NCBI GenBank assembly: GCA_013306035.1
Contig: JABUBF010000017.1
Location: forward strand, 53,783 to 62,039
Direction of reading: 5' to 3'
Origin: Nitrososphaerota archaeon
GTDB lineage: Archaea > Thermoproteota > Nitrososphaeria > Nitrososphaerales > UBA57
Length of the DNA: 8,257 nucleotides
The notes under the pieces are model-generated. The model did no database searches. It was not told the origin of the DNA and saw only the letters and a program-made list of their open reading frames with translations. The position numbers were made by a program, and so were the translations under genes. Below are positions 5,138 through 8,257 of this stretch, one piece after another. Every line of letters begins with the position of its first letter. Position 1 is the first letter of the stretch.

Positions 5138-6534
5138 TATTTAGTTACCTTCAGATATGAATCAATTTCATCTTGTTTGACTTTAGTTAATTCATTAACA
5201 GGCAATGTACTGAATAAATTCCATGCAATTCCCAGTGTATCTTCGAGTGTTCGATTTTCATCAAAGCCTTGTTTAAGGAACTTACTTTCAAATAAGTCAC
5301 CAAACTCTAAATATTTAATATCGTTTGGAGCAAGACCGGCCTTTCCTACAATTTCAGCAAGGGCCCTTAATTCTAATGCTCGAGAATATGCACTATATAA
5401 TTGACTACTAACATTTTGATGGTCGTTACGCGTTTTTCCTTCTCCGACACCTTCTTTCATCAAACGACTTAAACAAGAAAGAATACTTATAGGAGGATAG
5501 ATTTCTTTTCTATGTAAATCTCGTCCCAAAACAATTTGACCCTCAGTAATATAACCAGTAAGATCAGGAATTGGATGTGTAATATCGTCAGATGGCATAG
5601 AAAGAATTGGGATTTGTGTAAGACTTCCTTTGCTTCCTTTAATCTTTCCAGCACGTTCATAGATTGTTGCAAGATCAGTATACAAATAACCAGGATACCC
5701 CTTTCTTCCTGGAACCTCTTCTCTAGCAGCACTAATTTCTCTTAAGGCCTCTGCATAATTTGTCATGTCACTAATTATAACAAGAACATGAGTGTCCTTT
5801 TCAAATGCCAAATATTCAGCAGCAGTAAGTGCAACACGAGGAGTGATAATTCTTTCAATTGCAGGATCGTCTGCCAAATTAATATATAAAATACTTCTTT
5901 TTAATGCGCCACTTTCTTCTAATGATTTTCGGAAGAATGCAGCTTCACTATTTTGGACGCCGATTGCAGCAAAAACTACAGCGAATTCTTCACCCTTACC
6001 TGGGACCGTAGCTTGACGTGCGATTTGAGCGGCCAAAAGATTATGTGGAAGTCCTGCACCTGAGAAGATTGGTAATTTTTGACCTCTGACAAGAGTATTG
6101 AGGCCATCAATAGCTGAAATACCAGTTTGAATAAAATCTTCTGGAAAGTCTCTACGTTCTGGATTTATTGATTCTCCATTTATATCAAGGAATTTTTCTC
6201 CTACAGGATCAGGAAGGCCATCAATAGGTCTTCCGAGACCATCGAATACCCTACCCAATAATTGATCAGTAACAGGAATTTCCATTGTTTTACCCAAAAA
6301 TCGAGTTTTTGTTTCAGAAACAGACAGTCCAGTAGTACCCTCAAAGACTTGGACGACAGCAGTACCGCCACCAATTTCAAGAACACGACCTAAACGTTTT
6401 GCGCCAGCCGGAGTAGTAATTTCAACTAGTTCATCGAATGCGGAATTAGTTACGCCATTGATAACTAACAATGGTCCTTTGATTTCAGAAATATTAGTAT
6501 ACTCTAAACCAGAAGATCTATTTTGTGTTGACAA
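5137..6534 (-). CDS. atpB: A-type ATP synthase subunit B (non-catalytic)
   Basis: [53 protein letters not shown] (degenerate P-loop typical of B subunits), [34 protein letters not shown] and [11 protein letters not shown] start at 6534-6532 is preceded by AAGGAGGT. Confidence 0.96.
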   Translation of the reverse strand: MSTQNRSSGLEYTNISEIKGPLLVINGVTNSAFDELVEITTPAGAKRLGRVLEIGGGTAVVQVFEGTTGLSVSETKTRFLGKTMEIPVTDQLLGRVFDGLGRPIDGLPDPVGEKFLDINGESINPERRDFPEDFIQTGISAIDGLNTLVRGQKLPIFSGAGLPHNLLAAQIARQATVPGKGEEFAVVFAAIGVQNSEAAFFRKSLEESGALKRSILYINLADDPAIERIITPRVALTAAEYLAFEKDTHVLVIISDMTNYAEALREISAAREEVPGRKGYPGYLYTDLATIYERAGKIKGSKGSLTQIPILSMPSDDITHPIPDLTGYITEGQIVLGRDLHRKEIYPPISILSCLSRLMKEGVGEGKTRNDHQNVSSQLYSAYSRALELRALAEIVGKAGLAPNDIKYLEFGDLFESKFLKQGFDENRTLEDTLGIAWNLFSTLPVNELTKVKQDEIDSYLKVTK

Positions 6535-8257
6535 CAGCTGCTACCTCCTTATTTGATAATTCATTGAATGATGTAAACATAGTCTTTGATAATACGTCCA
6601 TTTTACTGAGTTCTTCATCTGGAATTTCATATTTAGAACGAATAATTTGTGATATAACAGGTAGACTACGAATTGTTTCCAGAGCGATTCCGTTATTTAG
6701 AGCTTTCTGAGACTCTTTATAGAAATCAGTGTACAATCTCATCATTTTAACTTGTTTTTTAGGACTGCAGTATCTATCAACTTTATCAAAAGCCATTTGT
6801 TGTAAGAATCCTTCTTTAATCATACGAGCTACATCAAGGATTAATTTTTCTTCGTCAGGTAGTGCTTCAGGACCTAATAGACGAACAATTTCTTTAAGGA
6901 CATCTTCACGTTGTAAGATTGTATAGGTTTCTAATCTCAACTTAGGACGATCTGCATCGACATTGTCAACCCACCATTTGTCAATACCTTCTGAATAACC
7001 TGAATAACTAGTCATCCAATTAATTGAAGGATAGTGTCTAGAATAAGCAAGTTTAGTATCAAGAGCCCAAAATGTTTTGATACATCTCATAGTATGAGTA
7101 GAAACTGGTTCAGTAAAGTCTCCACCAGGAGGAGATACAGCACCAATAACGGTAACGGATCCATCACGGTCAGGTGAACCAAGACATTTAACTCGACCTG
7201 CACGTTCATAGAATTCTGCAAGTCTGGATGCAAGATAAGATGGATAACCTTCTTCTGCAGGCATTTCTTCCAATCTGCCACTAAGTTCACGTAGAGCTTC
7301 AGCCCATCGACTTGTAGAATCTGCAACTAATAGAGTATCATAACCCATATCTCGATAGTATTCAGCCATAGTAATTCCTGTATATATACTGGCTTCACGA
7401 GCAGCTACAGGCATATTACTTGTATTAGCAACCAAAACAGTTCGTTCCATTAATGATTTTCCAGTTTTTGGATCTTTTAATTCAGGGAATTTAATCAAAA
7501 CTTCAGTCATTTCATTTCCACGCTCTCCGCAACCAATATGGAAAACTACACTAGCATCTGACCAAGAAGCTATTTGATGTAATGTAACGGTTTTTCCTGT
7601 TCCAAATCCACCGGGTATTGCAGCAGTACCGCCTTTAGTAATTGGAAAGAATGTATCGAGAACACGTTGTCCAGTTACAAGAGGTATAGTGGGATCATAT
7701 CTTTGTGTAAATGGTCGGGCTTGTCTAACAGGCCAATCATGATGCATATTTAATTCAGATTTATTTCCTTTACCTTCAACTATTGCAATAACATGATCTT
7801 TATCATAGCTTCCTTCTTTTACAATTTCAGTAATTTTACCTGAAGGTTCAGTAGGTGGAACAAGGATTTTATGGTCAATTAAAGCAGTTTCTTTAACTGT
7901 ACCTAAAATACTACCAGCATGTACAGTATCACCAACTTTTACTTCTGGAATAAAATTCCATTTTTTCTTAGGAATTGGTGGAACATGAATACCACGAGTA
8001 ATGAATGTTCCTGCTTTTGCAGCAATCTTGTCTAATGGTCTTTGTAAACCATCATAAATAGTACCCATCATTCCAGGGCCTAGAGTTACAGATAATGGAC
8101 TACCAGTACCAACAACTGGTTCGCCAGGAGTTAGACCACTTGTAGATTCGTATACTTGTATAAACGCAGTATCTCCAGTAAGCCTAATAATCTCTCCAAC
8201 AATTTTATCTTTACCAACTTCGACAGTTTCATACATTTGTGCACTGGACATTCCGTC
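6518..8257 (-). CDS. atpA: A-type ATP synthase catalytic subunit A, 5'-truncated by the window edge (the tracked ATG at 8251 is probably internal)
   Basis: [37 protein letters not shown], Walker A GGFGTGKT (7612-7589), [31 protein letters not shown] and [10 protein letters not shown]. The frame stays open through 8257 (GAC GGA = Asp-Gly). [15 protein letters not shown] aligns to ADGMxGAxMYEVVRVG, which lies about 18 residues into Pyrococcus-type A subunits. Stop TAG at 6520-6518. Confidence 0.96.
   Translation of the reverse strand, partial: DGMSSAQMYETVEVGKDKIVGEIIRLTGDTAFIQVYESTSGLTPGEPVVGTGSPLSVTLGPGMMGTIYDGLQRPLDKIAAKAGTFITRGIHVPPIPKKKWNFIPEVKVGDTVHAGSILGTVKETALIDHKILVPPTEPSGKITEIVKEGSYDKDHVIAIVEGKGNKSELNMHHDWPVRQARPFTQRYDPTIPLVTGQRVLDTFFPITKGGTAAIPGGFGTGKTVTLHQIASWSDASVVFHIGCGERGNEMTEVLIKFPELKDPKTGKSLMERTVLVANTSNMPVAAREASIYTGITMAEYYRDMGYDTLLVADSTSRWAEALRELSGRLEEMPAEEGYPSYLASRLAEFYERAGRVKCLGSPDRDGSVTVIGAVSPPGGDFTEPVSTHTMRCIKTFWALDTKLAYSRHYPSINWMTSYSGYSEGIDKWWVDNVDADRPKLRLETYTILQREDVLKEIVRLLGPEALPDEEKLILDVARMIKEGFLQQMAFDKVDRYCSPKKQVKMMRLYTDFYKESQKALNNGIALETIRSLPVISQIIRSKYEIPDEELSKMDVLSKTMFTSFNELSNKEVAAVVNTK
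6543..6550 (-). promoter_or_regulatory. Shine-Dalgarno site (AAGGAGGT) for atpB, embedded in the 3' end of atpA
   Basis: The minus strand reads AAGGAGGTAGCAGCTGTTG, with 8-nt spacing to the TTG start at 6534. Confidence 0.6.

Noticed and set aside
5177-6386. Several 61-81-aa ORFs within atpB on the opposite strand or in alternative same-strand frames (5177-5404, 5487-5732, 5536-5745, 5792-6016, 6201-6386)
   Set aside because: All are short, overlap a near-certain CDS, are low-complexity and lack translation signals.
6525-7326. Short ORFs within atpA, on the opposite strand (6525-6710, 6729-6926) or in an alternative same-strand frame (7087-7326)
   Set aside because: Same reasoning: these are shadow ORFs inside a highly conserved gene.
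7589-7612. The atpA Walker A reads GGFGTGKT rather than the GPFGSGKT I recall for Pyrococcus-type A subunits
   Set aside because: It still fits GxxGxGKT with the essential Lys and Thr retained. Positions 2 and 5 also vary in V-type A subunits (GAFGCGKT), so this is probably ordinary lineage variation.
1-8257. Scan for tRNA/rRNA genes, CRISPR repeats, IS or transposon ends, integrase or toxin-antitoxin-like ORFs
   Set aside because: Intergenic space is almost nil (gaps of 0-41 nt apart from the 149-nt gap filled by the small ORF). I saw no repeated spacer-repeat periodicity or terminal inverted repeats, and every long ORF is a housekeeping enzyme.

Overview
AT-rich archaeal chromosomal segment carrying tightly packed core housekeeping genes. 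I see no mobile element, CRISPR array, tRNA/rRNA or recognisable defence system. Left to right: (1) a class II (adenosylcobalamin-type) ribonucleotide reductase, nrdJ, on the plus strand. (2) Aspartate carbamoyltransferase catalytic (pyrB, minus) and regulatory (pyrI, plus) genes arranged head-to-head. (3) A 70-aa two-helix membrane ORF (plus). (4) The 3' half of an A-type (A1AO) ATP synthase operon on the minus strand in the order atpA-atpB-atpD-[41-codon ORF]-atpK, with atpA running off the right edge. Operon-internal genes have Shine-Dalgarno (SD) sites and overlapping stop/start codons. pyrB and pyrI, which head their transcription units, have no SD and sit next to a TATA-like element, the usual archaeal leaderless pattern. 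Gene content, the A-B-D-small-K order and base composition suggest a TACK-type archaeon, possibly Nitrosopumilales-like, but this is inference only. No finding amounts to a new multi-gene system. The points worth follow-up are: an untracked 41-aa ORF inside the ATPase operon; the divergent pyrB/pyrI pair sharing one palindromic TATA region, which implies a different pyrB start; an internal CxxC-x12-CxxC insertion in NrdJ; and a signal-peptide-like extension on the ATPase c subunit.
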